A DNA stretch of 63,566 bases, filler included, from Folioceros fuciformis (GCA_049999805.1; 6 parts of 5 records of this genome joined end to end with filler, not necessarily neighbours in it); one strand, 5' to 3'. Shown: positions 35,961 to 49,347, counted from the first letter of the whole stretch. Notes: a model not told the origin generated them from the letters alone. A program made the numbers and translations.

Positions 35961-38900
35961 CTATATCCTGCAACGGAGGGACATCTCAGGAAAAGTCGAC
36001 AGAATTGAAAGCATCCAAAAGGATGCAGTGCCAAACGCAAGGTCACTAACCTGTCCTCGTCTGTCAGATGATGCAGGGCATCACCCTGACTGTCGAGAGG
36101 CATGTACTGCGCCATAATTGCTCTAATTTCTGAATCCATGTATGACTGCGCCACAAGGAGCCCACCGCACGTTCAGTTCCTCACCAACAACGAGCACCGA
36201 AACAGTGGAGAACAAATTCAAACAACTCTTACCCGAAGCCTGTACTTGTACACAATGTAACCACTGACACCAATAACGGCCAAGGCCGCAAACACAATCA
36301 AGGTGACTACCCAACCAACCCTAGAAGCTTGCTCCGACTTACCTGCAAGGCTCAAGAATCTTGTAAGGGCCTACCTATGGAAACGAGTACATCACCTTCA
36401 TCGTTAGAGGGCTAGCTGATGGTAGCATACACTTACTTATGCATGTGTCATGCTCCCGAATATATAGGAGATCTGAGGAGCCTGTGCATGAGCAATCGAA
36501 GCCTCCCCATGTGTCCTTGCACGAGCACTGTGGACACGTGCAAGCTAGTTTCTCTGCACACTCGTCAATATCTGATACGTAACACAGCAAGGGTTTAGTT
36601 TATTGAGACACTCCGCCACCAGGGGCCAGTATTACTAACTGTGCCGAAGGTAAAAGCATACCCATACAAGTAGAAAAGTAGTAACATACCAATACAACTG
36701 GTGACTCCGTCGCCTTTGAAACCACTTGGGCATTGACAGCCCTGTAACGTCACGTCCTGGAGAAAGGAACCACAGTAACGCATGTTGAAAGGGACGAGCA
36801 GTACCAGCAACTTGATGAGAGAACGTCTTACTCACCGAACAGGCAGAGAAGGTCACGGAATCTCTTGTGTCTTTCCAGCAGCCACCATTATCGATTGTAC
36901 AACGCCCGGTGCCGATAGCTGGAAAACAGACAGTTAGTGACTGCTCCCCCAGCCTTAAGCTCGGGATGACTGATAAGTCAAATGGACTTTGAACTTACGT
37001 TCACAGGAGCTGTAACCATCACCCTGAAATTGTACCCCTCCAACTGAAGGGCACTGGCAAACCCTACCGCGGAAAGTATCCTGCACACTTCCAAGGTTTT
37101 CAGCTGTTCCTGCCCTGGCTCCACAAGGTTGCAAGCTAGCAGCAGCTAAGACAACGTGTCATACCTTGCAGGCTGTGATATTCTGCTTTGTATTTTGCCA
37201 ACAGCCACCGTTATTGTTCAGACACTCGTTGGTCTCCATGTCTACGATAAAAAAGATGTAAAGTGATGAAACCAATCCATGCAAAAATGATCCAGACACT
37301 GGAGGCCCGTCCTATCAAAGACTTCCATCAATCAGACCTGCATTCAGACAGATAGCTGGCTCGGTTGCTTCCTGGAACCCTGAGCAAATGCCCTTCAAGA
37401 CTGCCGTCCTCTCCAACTTCCCTGTAGACACCCCAAAAAAAAAAAGCAAGATTTATCGACTCAGAACTGCAGATGGATGTGGCATTAGCATAGACTGTGG
37501 TAGTTCATGAACCAAATTGCCCACCTCTGTACTGTCTCTGATTGATGATAAGGGTAGGTAAAATAGTAACATCACCCCGATCCCCCTGTCCAACCTAAGC
37601 ACCACGCCCAGAAGCCAAAGCCAGCCAGAAAGAAGTCATGAAGCCACAGCTGCTAAGATCTTGATGCCTACGCAGAAGCCCTTTGGCTCCACAAAAGTTC
37701 AATCGAAAGACCAAGTGTTGCACCTGTGCATCTTGCTCTTTCTTCAGAACTTCATTGTCCATATTGGCGTCCGGGTCACCAATACAGGCATTGATGTCAT
37801 CCAAAGGTAGACCTACAATCCGTTCGATCAAGGCAGTTTCAGTACACATTTGAAACGATGTCGTTTGAATCAAGACAGGACATGCGACCGTAGAACCGGA
37901 CGAACCGAGTGACTGGATGACTTCCTCCGCACAAGCTTTGTTGTACTTTTGCTGCTTCATGGGGCACCTGATCTGGAAGTCCGTCACATAATCCCACCAC
38001 ACCCAAGGTCTTTGCAGCTTTTCTTTCCCAACCTTGAACACACACAGCTGCCTCAAATTCTCCTTTACAACATCTTTGCCGTCATATCCGACAGTGAAAT
38101 CTTGTTCCGGATCTGGGGCGCAATATCTGCCGTTGTTGATGCATTGGGCCTTGCACTGCTTACTTAAAATGAAAGCCTGAGGACAGTACCAAGTTATGTA
38201 GTGCGGAGTGAATTCAGCGAAAGAACCCTGCTCGAGGATCTCCGCAGCACCTTTAAAGTCCTTCAGAAACCCCATAATGGTGTCGCACTTGGGTCCGCAC
38301 TGATCGTTACTGTTTGTCCAAAACTCATACTCGACCCGGTTATCAGGGTGCGGCAACGACTCCCTCCAATCCAAGTTCAAGGTCACCATCTCACTCTTGT
38401 CCGCCAGCCACTTCTTGAGCTGATCACCAAAGTTCTGCTCAATAAGGGCAGACGGGATGGTGATGTTTAACAAGTACGTGTCCGCATCTGCGTCAGCATC
38501 CGGCTGGTCCATGGTGATAAGAAGCTCTGGCCTATCATCCGCCACAAGAACCGCCGCAGCTCCAGCTTGCTGTGCATTCCATACCTTCTTGGCAAAGAAA
38601 CAATCTGTAAGCAAACCACCAGTACTCAGTCATCCATCACGATTCCGGGCCGAGCCACTGGATTGAGATCCAAAACACGGATCCAACATTGAAACTGCTG
38701 CAAACGACAGTTCCAGCACGTACCACCACGATCTGTTAGTAAAATCGTGGGCAGGCCTCCCGGGGTGGCACTCTTGAAACTGGTGGAGAAGGGGACACAG
38801 GCAGTGGGATTCACGCTCGGGTACACAACATTCCCGAGCAACGTTCCGCCGTAGTGCGGGACTCCAAAGTTCCCAATCGCGCTGTTGTAGGTCTTCTGTG

Positions 38901-39030
38901 TAGCCGTGGACGGCGAGCTGACGGTGATGCTGTTTTCCTCCACCACAAACCTGGCCTGCGTTACCGTCATCCATGCTACCAGAAGTTGCAGCAGCAGCAG
39001 AAGCAGCGGCGTGCCCCGAGCCTGCCTCAT
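35961..39030 (-). CDS. VSR: Vacuolar sorting receptor (BP-80/VSR family), multi-exon
   Basis: Signal peptide then [23 protein letters not shown] domain ([26 protein letters not shown]); [21 protein letters not shown] repeats ([23 protein letters not shown]); TM segment; cytosolic [19 protein letters not shown]. Exon 1 is 39030-38724 and exon 2 starts at 38604. The stop at 35961 assumes a final short intron. Confidence 0.95.
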
Positions 39031-39819
39031 AGTTGCGACCAAACCCTTAGCGCTCCGATCCCACGTCTTCGCAGCACGAATCTGTGGCATCCTCTTGACG
39101 GACAGCAACCATAATTCCACTTTCCTTTGCGGCATCAACCTTGTCTTGTAGACCCAGTCCGGACTTATTTAAGGAAAAGTTGAGTTCCAGTTGCTGCCCC
39201 ATTTGCATTTATAGCGTAAACTTGCCTTGGTCAAAAACGCCATCTGGGTAACATTTATCCAAGTCTCATGTAACCTGGATTATTCTCAACAACATTGAAC
39301 ATTATTGGTCCGGTAAGGGGATCTGCAGAGGGAAGCCCTTTTTTTCGTGTAAAAGCCTGTTTGGCGCTTCCACGAAAAATGCTTCTCCATGCCGAGACTA
39401 TTTTTCTGCAAGAAAAGTGTACAATAATATAATTAAATATAAAATAAACAGACCAAACATTGAGCTACATGAAGTTATCAAGTAGTTAATGAGTGCATAG
39501 AGAGATGTGCGTCTTAGGACTAATAAGATCAATCCTAAGATTTTTATAGGGAAGACTAAGGGATTCTTATAAACCAAACTTCTCTATACTTGAAGTGAGA
39601 CTTAGCATATAGGGTTTAGGGTTTAATTATCTTGATGTTGCTAACCCTACCTCTTTCATTGTTGGCCTCATAGTATGCAAGCACTAAATAGTTGAACTAA
39701 TCAATAGGATATCACTCCTTGTCTAACTTGCTACATTCCTTATCTAACTTGCTATGCATTCTTGTTTTGATTCTCTCTAATACTTACATATCATGCTACC
39801 TCATTCTTAGGTCTACTTG

Positions 39820-40012
39820 ACTTTCGACATTCAAGGAGTTGAGAAAAACATGTCAACTTACTACTTTAGACATTTAAGGAGTTGAGAAAAGCATGTTAAC
39901 TCACTAATTTCGACATTCAAGGAGTTGAGAAAAGCATATCAATTTACTAATTTGACATCCTAGGAGCTTAAAAAAGCATATCAACTTAGTACTAATTTCG
40001 ACATCCAAGGAT
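39820..40012. repeat. ~40-bp tandem repeat x5
   Basis: TTTCGACATTCAAGGAGTTGAGAAAAGCAT.TCAACTTACTA units. Confidence 0.85.
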
Positions 40013-40174
40013 AGTTCTCTTGAACTAAGATTATAAATGCAAGGAAAGCATAGCTATATTATGAATACAAGGAGAGCATAGCTCTATAACAAATATAAGG
40101 AGTCACAGCATAGCCATTCTACAACATCTTGAAAGGCATAGGCAACCTTAGAGTAAATCACATCGACAATCAAG

Positions 40175-40723
40175 ATGAGTGCTACTTTGTATAAGGAGGA
40201 GTCGAAGAGGAAGAGGGATCTTGAAGCTCAAGTTGAGACGAAAAGCATATGCCTATGTACGGCAATGCCTAATAACCATGGCATGGAGCGCCCACAAAAG
40301 GTTGCACAACATGAAAGCCACATGCAACAGCCTAGCTTAGAAGTTACAGGCAAATCAACCTCCACGAATGTGCAAAGTGAAGAAGAAGTGAGCGACCCAA
40401 GGGAAGCATTGTTTCATAAGATGATGGCAAGCGGTCGCAATATCAAAACCAAAGAGCTTCAAGCACGCGCAGCACGACGAGAGTTGATTGTGTTGAAAGT
40501 TGATCCAAAGTCATCTTCATGTACATCTAGGAAGCAAGTGCAACGAGGGGGACGAACACAACAAAAGCTTGATAACCCACCTATTCGCTCCAACAATACT
40601 ATGGTGGGAGCAATCAATGTTAACCCTATTGCTCAATCAATCCAAGAACAGGAGAAGAAGATGGCGAAGAGAAAGCGAGAACTCACAAAAGGCCAAAAGT
40701 TGCTAAAAAAGCTCAGAAAGTAG
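40175..40723 (+). CDS. Unknown basic 182-aa ORF, possibly TE-derived
   Basis: ATG-started open frame, K/R/E/Q-rich, no recognisable domain, AT-rich flanks. Confidence 0.25.
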   Translation: MSATLYKEESKRKRDLEAQVETKSICLCTAMPNNHGMERPQKVAQHESHMQQPSLEVTGKSTSTNVQSEEEVSDPREALFHKMMASGRNIKTKELQARAARRELIVLKVDPKSSSCTSRKQVQRGGRTQQKLDNPPIRSNNTMVGAINVNPIAQSIQEQEKKMAKRKRELTKGQKLLKKLRK

Positions 40724-41028
40724 GCCTGTGCAAATTGCCCTTACAAAAAGTAAAGTCCCTACTTGACTAGCAACTCAAGGTTTAGTCTAGCATTTTTCAT
40801 GATTACATGTTAGTATTATATATTTATTAAAAGGTTGTGCATGATCGTATAATTACATAGAAGTTCAAACTACCAAAATATACAGCACACCTTGTAATTT
40901 GGCACAAACACCTAGGATTAGGATTTGAGACTGAGATTTGGGACTAGCATCACTTGGATATAAAAAAATACTGGTGTGATACATGCAACTCTTACGTTGG
41001 ATGAACTACAAATAAGAATGTAGGATCT

Positions 41029-42289
41029 CTAAACGTTTCCCATGCTGTACAGTGTGGCTAAAATGGAGCAAAACGTTTGAACCCGGTAACCCCGAACTAG
41101 GAAGGAATGCACGAGGCCGTTCATGTCTGTCCACCAGCTCTGGCCTGGCTGCTTCCACGCCCTAATTTTGATTCTCCTCGTCTGAATCTCTTGAGCCTGC
41201 TCCCACATATGGGCACTGGAATATATGTTCGACATGGACACGTAAGCTGCGGCATCCTTGTTGTCAAGCTTCAGGGCTTCATGGAAAGCCTGGCGTCCCA
41301 CCTCCACATTGCCCCACTTTCGACAAGCGCCCAACAGAGTGTGCCAAACTGCCGCATCGGGCAGGACAGACATCGTCCTTCCCAGAGAGAGTGCTTCATC
41401 CAGTTGGCCTGCACGACTTAGGAGATCCACCATGCACGTGTAGTGCTCCACCGTGGGTCTGATGCCGTAGTCTCTCCTCATGACATGAAAAAGCTCTTGC
41501 CCTAGGTTCACCAGACCTGCATGGCTGCATACTGTTAGCAGACTGAGGAATGTTGAGCCCGTTGGGTTCATGCCATCCTCTCTCATTTGGTCATAAAGAT
41601 GAAAGACCACTTGACTGTCTCCTTGTCGAGTATAGCCTGCAATCAGTGCATTCCAGGCCCCTACGTCTCTCTCGTGTAAATTGTCAAAAACCTGCTGTGC
41701 CTCCGCCATGCTGCCACATTTCCCGTACATGCTTACTAAACTGTGGGCCACAATCATATCAGCTTCTAGCCCTTGTTCTTCGATCTGTGCATGAAGTCTC
41801 CTTCCTATATGCAAAGCTGCCACATTTGCGCATACCTGCAGGAGGGATACGAAGGTGACAGCATCGGGTGCAGCCACGCCCTCTTCTACCATAGCATGAT
41901 AGAGATCAAGGGCTTCCTCGTCCATGCCCTGCTGGTAAAAGGCAGCAATCATGGCATTCCACGTCCCAACATTCTTTTGGCCAAGCCCATTAAACAAACC
42001 CCGAGCATCTTCTAGGCTGCCGCACTTTGCATACATGTTCACCAAGCTGTTGGCTACACACACATCAGTCAGAAGCCCCTGTTCCCTAATCTGTGCATGA
42101 AACTGTTTCCCCTTCTCCAGCGCCTGAGTGCCCACACTTGCACACGCCTGAAGGAGAGATAGAAAAGTCACAGCGGTGGGCGTAGACATGCCCTCTTGCT
42201 GCATAGCACTGAGAAGACGCAGGGCTTCCAGGCCCATGCCCTTTTGCGAATATGCCGCTATCATGCTATTCCACGTCACCACATCCTTC
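41029..42289 (-). CDS. PLS-class PPR protein with E1/E2 and WW-type PG box, DYW domain missing (5' end cut by contig join)
   Basis: P-L-S triplets (ANSLVNMYAKCGSLEDA, VGTWNAMIA), P2-L2-S2, E1 (PDAAVWHTLLGACRKWGNV), E2 (AAAYVSMSNIY), then KQPGQSWWTDMNGLVHSFLV and a stop shortly after. Confidence 0.92.
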
Positions 42290-43001
42290 NNNNNNNNNNN
42301 NNNNNNNNNNNNNNNNNNNNNNNNNNNNNNNNNTTAATTAATTAANNNNNNNNNNNNNNNNNNNNNNNNNNNNNNNNNNNNNNNNNNNNAACTGGTTTCA
42401 ACCCTTTCTCCAACTGTTCATTCCTTGACATCTCTTTAACTTCACAATTAATTCTAAATTCTCTACTGTCTACAATTCACTCCTTCCTTCTTCTCTCGAT
42501 TCATTCAATCACTGTAAACATACACACAACATTCACCATAACAACGGTGCATCCAATACTTCAATCACAAGAACAATCAATCAGTTCTTCACAATTCAAT
42601 CTTTATTAACATCCACTTCAACTGGATTTCCAACTCTTACTTCACAACTTACAATCAATTCAATTCTTCAAAGTAATTTCCAAACTGTAACAAAACAAAA
42701 CAAAGAAACAAAACAGGAAGCACCAAGCTTTCCTCGGCACTCGACATCAACAGTCCGGCCCACTTCTCTTTGAAAATCTTCTCTATATACTTCCAACATC
42801 TGTACAGATTCCAACCGATACCCCACTCTAACTGCCTAACAGACTTTCTGAAATAACCTTTCAAATCTAACCTGCATAAGTACCTATTCACTGGTAATTA
42901 CTTAATCCGACCATACTCTAAACCAAAAACTCAAAATAAACCAATTTACTATTACTACATAGCCCCACTTCTAACTGTGCAGCGTCCTCGCAAACACCAA
43001 T

Positions 43002-44762
43002 TCAGAACCCAGATTTCGATGAAGAAGAAGGATCCTTCGGCACATGCACTACAATTGCCTTCAATTTCGGCTCCGAAGGTCTGACTTCAGAGACTGCCAC
43101 CCCGATCTCCTCTATGGGTTCTTCCCGTATTAGCTCCTCATCTTCCTGCTCTTCCTCACTGTTCATTTCTTCGTCATTTGGCTCATCGCCAGCTAACTTG
43201 GCCGTCAAATCTTCATTATACGCCCCCAAATCTCTGACTTGCGACTCCAATAAGGCAATTTGCGCCTCCTTCTCAGCGACTAATTCTCGCTGTGCATCCA
43301 GTTGCTGCTGCAACAGTTCTGAGTGATCCCCCGTAGTAACAATAGGTTCTTGAGAGCTAATCTCATCCAATTGACGCTTCAGGTCTTGAACTTCCTTCTT
43401 CTGCGTGGCTATCTCGGACTGAGAGATCTTCTGCTGCTGGACCAGTTCGCTAACCAATTTCTTGGACTCCGTCTCCACCTGCAACACTTTGTTCCTCTCT
43501 CTCTCCAACGCATCCCGAAGTTCCCTTCGTTCCTGTACACCAATTGCTTCCATGCTCTTAAGCAATTGCCTCTCCTTCCCCCAATTTATTTCTTTTTCGT
43601 GGAGCTGCCTCTCCATCAAATTATACCTGGCCACCGCTTCAGCCAAATTACCCTCCAACTCAGCCAATTTCTTATTCTGCTTGACTACGGTCTTTCGTTC
43701 TGAATCCAATTCTTTCTTCAAATTGGTATCCCCTTCCCATTGCATCACCGTTTGCTGTAATTGGCCGAGCTGGGCCAATATTGCCTCTTTCACACCACCC
43801 TGTTTTATACTGGTCCCTGCCAAACCAATTCGCTGATACAAGTCTACCGAAATTGGTACTTCTGTAGGTCTCTGGGTAACCTGCCAAGCCATAGTTTTTA
43901 ACCCTGCATTGGACCTTCGGTGGGATTCACTCAATCTATTACCCCCTTCCACCAGTTCCACTACATTCTCCTCTACAGGTACCACCTCCTGTTCCGAATT
44001 GGGTTGCCTGTCCTCGGTAAGAAGTTTCTCCTTCGATAATGACTTCTCCTTTTCCTGTAATGGCTGCTGCAACTGCCAACGTATCACTTCACATATATAA
44101 TTGGAACATAAAAGTGCTGGTACTCGACCCACCTTCCGCTTTGCCTCCAATTCCGCATGAATCCGCGTCGCGACATACGCTGCCCAGTTGAACACCATAC
44201 CGTCCAATGATCCAATTGCTGCAAATAATAACTTCTTCGCCATGTAGGTTGTATGACGATTCAGAGCTAGTCGCTTCTGAACGAATCGCATCCATTCGCC
44301 CAATTCCGGTGTAATCGCATCACTGGTCTTCCACCCTTGACCCTTCTCGAACGCGTCCACTCCCGATTTGAAGTGGTCCTCCTGAACAAAGTCCGTCGCC
44401 ATATCTGATCCTACCGATAACTCACTAATCGGTAGATATAACACCTTATTCAGTACTACTTCGTCAATTCCCACAATTCGTCTTCTAACGACACTACTAC
44501 CATCCTGTGGGTCGTAGTTACGCACAAACTCCTCTACTAACGGTATATCTATCGGTGGCAATTTCTCCGACCACCGTAAAAACGCATACAATCCGGCACT
44601 GCGAAAATCTTTCTGTTTCGACGGCATCCAACATAATTCTAATTTGACTGGCTCCATATTGGTCACTATAACAAACTCCAATTCTGGTAACTCGTCTTTC
44701 CTGCGCACATTACGCTGTCTATCGTCTCTCACGGCGCTTCTCTTTCCTCGTACCATCGCCAT
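43002..44762 (-). CDS. Extra 3' ORF (env-like) of a Ty3/gypsy element, with long coiled coil and acidic tail
   Basis: Same strand as the integrase and ~235 nt downstream of its stop. PLVEEFVRNYD..VRRRIVGIDEVVLNKVLYLP resembles the Athila-type env-like N-terminal motif; heptad-rich region in the C-terminal half. Confidence 0.7.
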   Translation of the reverse strand: MAMVRGKRSAVRDDRQRNVRRKDELPELEFVIVTNMEPVKLELCWMPSKQKDFRSAGLYAFLRWSEKLPPIDIPLVEEFVRNYDPQDGSSVVRRRIVGIDEVVLNKVLYLPISELSVGSDMATDFVQEDHFKSGVDAFEKGQGWKTSDAITPELGEWMRFVQKRLALNRHTTYMAKKLLFAAIGSLDGMVFNWAAYVATRIHAELEAKRKVGRVPALLCSNYICEVIRWQLQQPLQEKEKSLSKEKLLTEDRQPNSEQEVVPVEENVVELVEGGNRLSESHRRSNAGLKTMAWQVTQRPTEVPISVDLYQRIGLAGTSIKQGGVKEAILAQLGQLQQTVMQWEGDTNLKKELDSERKTVVKQNKKLAELEGNLAEAVARYNLMERQLHEKEINWGKERQLLKSMEAIGVQERRELRDALERERNKVLQVETESKKLVSELVQQQKISQSEIATQKKEVQDLKRQLDEISSQEPIVTTGDHSELLQQQLDAQRELVAEKEAQIALLESQVRDLGAYNEDLTAKLAGDEPNDEEMNSEEEQEDEELIREEPIEEIGVAVSEVRPSEPKLKAIVVHVPKDPSSSSKSGF

Positions 44763-44997
44763 TGTTACAATTCCCTGATCGTGTGCACAATATGCTCTAA
44801 TGCACCTCAACTACAGACGCACAAGACGACTACGGCCCCACTTCTAAGCGAAAAACACAACGTAAGCAAGAAAAACAATGGTGCCTTCTCCCGGCTGCGC
44901 TGCTGCTTAACCCTTAACCTAAAATTTCGGCGTCATTACTCAAGCGCCGCCATTTCTAACACCCTTCCCCCATTTAAAACGGAAACCCGTCCCGGGA

Positions 44998-45687
44998 TTA
45001 CTGATGATATAGGCGTAACCTATTTCCATTAATCCGAGTTAAAAATTGATTACCCATAAAATCTTCTAATTGAACAGATCCATTCGGAAATCCTTCAATA
45101 ACGCGATAAGGACCATGCCAACGGAATTGAAATTTACCCGGAAAATTATAAAATCGACTGTCATATAACAATACCAAATCATGTGGCATAAAAATTTTAG
45201 GTTTCAGTTTACTGTCATAATAACTCTTCCGTCGTTTCTGGATAGTTTCCATCGATAAAAATGCATTCGCTCGAGTTTCATCCAATTTTTCCAATTGGGA
45301 ATAACGATGCTTCAATGAATCCTGGTCACCCAAACGGGCATCAATGGCAACCCGTAAACTGGCCACTTCCAATTCTATTGGAAGGATCGCTTCCTGACCG
45401 TAAACCAATTGAAAAGGCGTAGAATTGGTTGTAACTTTGTACGCAGTACGGTATGCCCATAGAGCGGCAAATAATTTAGTATCCCAATCCGTACCCGCTC
45501 CTGAAATTGTTTTCGTTAAAATCTTACATAAAATACCATTAGTTTTCTCCGTCTGACCATTGGCTCGAGGATGATATGGAGTTGTTTTCCGATGCTTAAT
45601 ATCATATTTACTGGTTAATGCTTCAATTGTACTATTGATAAAATGGGTGCCACGATCACTGACCAATTCCTTAGGACAACCAAAACG
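44998..45687 (-). mobile_element. Ty3/gypsy (Athila/Tat-like) integrase C-terminal part
   Basis: LVSDRGTHF, TTPYHPRANGQTEKTN, ALWAYRTAYK..TPFQLVYGQEAILPIELE, GKF..RWHGPY (GPY/F motif); no chromodomain. Confidence 0.93.
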
Positions 45688-45787
45688 NNNNNNNNNNNNN
45701 NNNNNNNNNNNNNNNNNNNNNNNNNNNNNNNTTAATTAATTAANNNNNNNNNNNNNNNNNNNNNNNNNNNNNNNNNNNNNNNNNNNN

Positions 45788-48700
45788 GAAGCCCTCAGGC
45801 TGCTGCATGAAGATCTCTTCTTCAAGTTTGCCGTGCAAGAATGCCGTTTTAACATCCATTTGATGTATGAACAAGGAGAAAAATGCCGACATGGAAAAGA
45901 GAACTCGCAGTGATTGAGACTTCACGACAGGTGAGAAGGTATCATGATAATCCAGTCCCGGCACTTGTGAAAACCCACGTGCTACTAGTCTAGCCTTATA
46001 ACGCGAGATTCTGCCGTCTGCCTTATACTTCAATTTGAATACCCACTTTGAGGTAACAATTTTCCTCCCTTGAGGCGGAGGGCAGATCTCCCATGTCTTG
46101 TTATCAATAAGGCTGTCATATTCTGACTTGATTGCTTGTTTCCACTGTCGTGCTTCAGGACCAGACACTGCTTCACGATATGGCTGAGGCTCATAGCCTA
46201 GATTTACAGTCATGTTAGCCTGCTCAACCACATCAATAACCACCTCCCCTGGTGCTCAGCCAACATGATTGGGTACCTTCCTGAAATCTTCACTTCTGTA
46301 TGGAGGAGGTCCATTGCGCAGGAGGTCTCCTGATCCTCGTGAAAGGACGTGGAAGAACAGGCTGTGGAACAGGTATGACATACTCTACTGGATCATCGAC
46401 AAACCAGTCAGGGTTTATAGCGTGATTTGGAGTAGCAGGTAAGTGTTCATCAACACCTTGTGCTGCATGATTAGGGGCAGGTGCATCATCATATGAGGAA
46501 TCAGACAGATCAGGCTGATCTGGAGGATCACCTGGATTTGGTGGAGGCAGTACAGGCTGGACAACAGCTGGAGGCTGGACGACAGGAGGAAGAACAACTG
46601 GCTGAACAGGGTTAAGAAAAGACGGATCATTGGCTGGAAAATGGACAAAGTCTGATTCACTAACCTCTTGTTCAGTGTCTACAGGAGGCTCTGACAGCTC
46701 TACACTGTCTGGATCTACAAAGTCATCTAAAGAATGCAACGGAGGTCTAAGTACAATGCTCTCATCAAAAGCAACTGTTCGTGCATGAACAACTCGACGA
46801 GTGGTGGGTTCAAATAACTTGTAGCCATGTATTCCAGATGTGTATCCTATAAAAATGTGTCTTTTGGACTTAAAGGCAAAATTTTGACGTAACTTATCAG
46901 GAATATGCGCATATGCAGTGCTACCAAAGACCTTAAGATGAGAAAGATCAAGCTTACTTCCTGTCCATGCTTCAAATGGAGTGGAACCACGAAAGGAAGA
47001 CACAGCAGACCTGTTCTGAAGGTATGTAGCCACCTGCACTGCCTCTGCCCAAAACCTGATTGAAAGCCTTCCTTGATATAGAAGTGCTCTAGCAGCATCC
47101 TGGATGGTCATGTGTCTTCGTTCAGCACGGCCATTCATATCAGAGTGATATGGAATGAGTTGGCATGTGATCCCCCTCTCTTGACAATACTCCTGAAAGG
47201 TTGTTGATAGATATTCCTTGCCGTTGTCAGATCTTATGCACTTAAGCTAATACCCTGTTTGCCTTTCTGCATACGCGAGGTACCGCTTGAAACTGTCAAA
47301 CACCTCACTTTTCCGGCGAAGAAGCTCAGTCACAGTGAAGTGAGATTTATCATCCTCAAACACGACAAAGTACTTGGCTCCTCCCCATGAGGAGACAAAC
47401 ATGGGTCCACATATGTCTGTGTGAACCAGATCTAAGATCTCTGTGGGCTTTCTTGGTTTTCCACTTCCAAAATGCGACTTGTACTGCTTGCCATGTACAC
47501 ATGCAACACAGAGATCAAGATCAGGAAGTTCACTCTCATTGAAACCAGTTACCATCTTTTCACGCAACAGTCTCCTCATAGCCTGGATGTTTGGGTGCCC
47601 TAGACGACAGTGCCACTTAAAAGCATTGCTAGCCTTAACAGTTCTAATGCTTGTCTCTGTGGAGTTCACTGCAGCACCGGGAACATCTGATGCGAAATCC
47701 AGAAGATAGAGATCAAAGAGTGGTGTCCCACGAGCGATTGTGACAGCTGGAGCAGCTAATTTGGAGATATGGCACTCTGTGCATTCAAATGTAATCCTAT
47801 ACAGGTTTGTCTTCCCTAACGCCATAGTGCTGACCAGGTTCTTTGCAAGAGCTGGTACATGAAGTGTATTCTCCAGCAATAGATGACTTCCATCCTTCAA
47901 CGTAATTTGAATGGTTCCTGAACCCTTGATTGGAATGGTAGAGTCATCTCCTAACACTACTGCTGTCTCGTGACATGTGGGAGATGGCACGTATGTTACA
48001 AATGACTTCCTCTTTGAGCACATATGATTGCTGGCTCCACTGTCTAGGAACCACTTTTGGCAACCCTTTTTGGAAGATGTAAGACAGGCTACAAGCAGCC
48101 TTGGAGTAGTAGCCCTAGCAATGTGGGCTTTAGGTGCATGTCTGCCTTTAGCAGCCTCGTCTTTTGCTCGTTTTCTACAGTCTTTAATCCAGTGTCCTAG
48201 CTTCCCACAATAATTACAATTTCCAGGTTTAGAGGATGAGCTTGACTGACCAGCAGGGGATGACGTAGACATAGAAGCCTGTCCTCTACCCCTACCGTAG
48301 CCACCTCTACCTCGACCCCTACCCCTTCCTCTACCTCTACCAGAGAATAAAGCTGTATCACTTTGTCTATGTGAGGAATGGGACGCAGGTGGGCCACCCT
48401 TCATTTGTTTTCTATGGGCCTCAAACTGCAGCAATGCCCCTACAACTTTCTGGACAGTTAGGTTAGACAAAGCAGGAGTTGTGGCTGTAGCAGGTATGAC
48501 TACTACTGATGTTTGCAGACTCGAACTGAAATGTTCATAGCTAGGTGGAAGTGAGAGCAGCAATTGGACTACTCCCCTAGATTTTGTTATGATCACTCCG
48601 TAGGATGCAAGCTTGGCCCTACAGGCTCGAAACTTGGCAACATGACTCTCAACAGAGTCGTTTTCCTTCGTACGAAGTGTCTGATACTGCAGGGTTGCTG

Positions 48701-49347
48701 CTGCCTCGGCTACCATATCCTTAGAGTCATAAGTTTCTGATAGCAATGACCAGACCTCGTTTGAAGACTGCGTCAATCGAATGTGAGGAATCATCTCCTG
48801 CGAGACAGAGGCAACTAATATGGTACATGCCTTTCTGTCCTTATACTTCCACTCTAACTCATCTTTCATTGTCCAGGGCACTTGATTCACACCTCCTGGT
48901 GTCATTACTCCGGATGGCTGACCATGTACCCTTCTTGGTACAGTTCCATCTACAACTTCCATCAAAAGTTTCTCTTCTAGGATGCAGCGCACCCTGAAGC
49001 TCCAGGCATCGAAATTACCTGGATTCAGACAGTCCTTTTCCTGCAACCGATCTGAACCCGTGTCTGGGGGAGCAGCCCCAGACATGATGCCTGCGAGCAC
49101 TAAATCTCGCTTAGTGGGGTAATGACAGGTGAGCAATCTACTCCCTAAGGCTGTTTATTTCCTGCTCTTGCTTAGCCATTGTAGATAGATCTGAAATGCA
49201 AAGATGCTCAAGGCGTTCTTGTCTTGACTGCAGATGATCAGCACGAGTGGTATACTCCAGCACTTTACTTCTAATGTTCAGGATGGAGTTCAGGATTGCA
49301 TCATGCTCTGTAAACCTTTCGACGTATGGTACCAATTTTTCTGGCGC
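45788..49347 (-). mobile_element. Ty1/copia element A (ORF0 tail, gag, protease, integrase, RT start)
   Basis: gag ATG at 49085 (NFDAWSFRV), zinc knuckle CNYCGKLGHWIKDC, WFLDSGASNHM, WHCRLGH..CVAC, HTDICGP, IRSDNG, RT YKARLVARGF/QMDVKTAFL. Order INT-RT is copia-type. Premature TAG at 47247. Confidence 0.95.
49111..49347 (-). CDS. ORF0 of copia A (3' part only, one internal TAG at 49138)
   Basis: FTEHDAILNSILNIRSKVLEYTTRADHLQSRQERLE..KQEQEINSLRE*IAHL aligns with ORF0 of copia D; ends 25 nt before the gag ATG. Confidence 0.7.
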
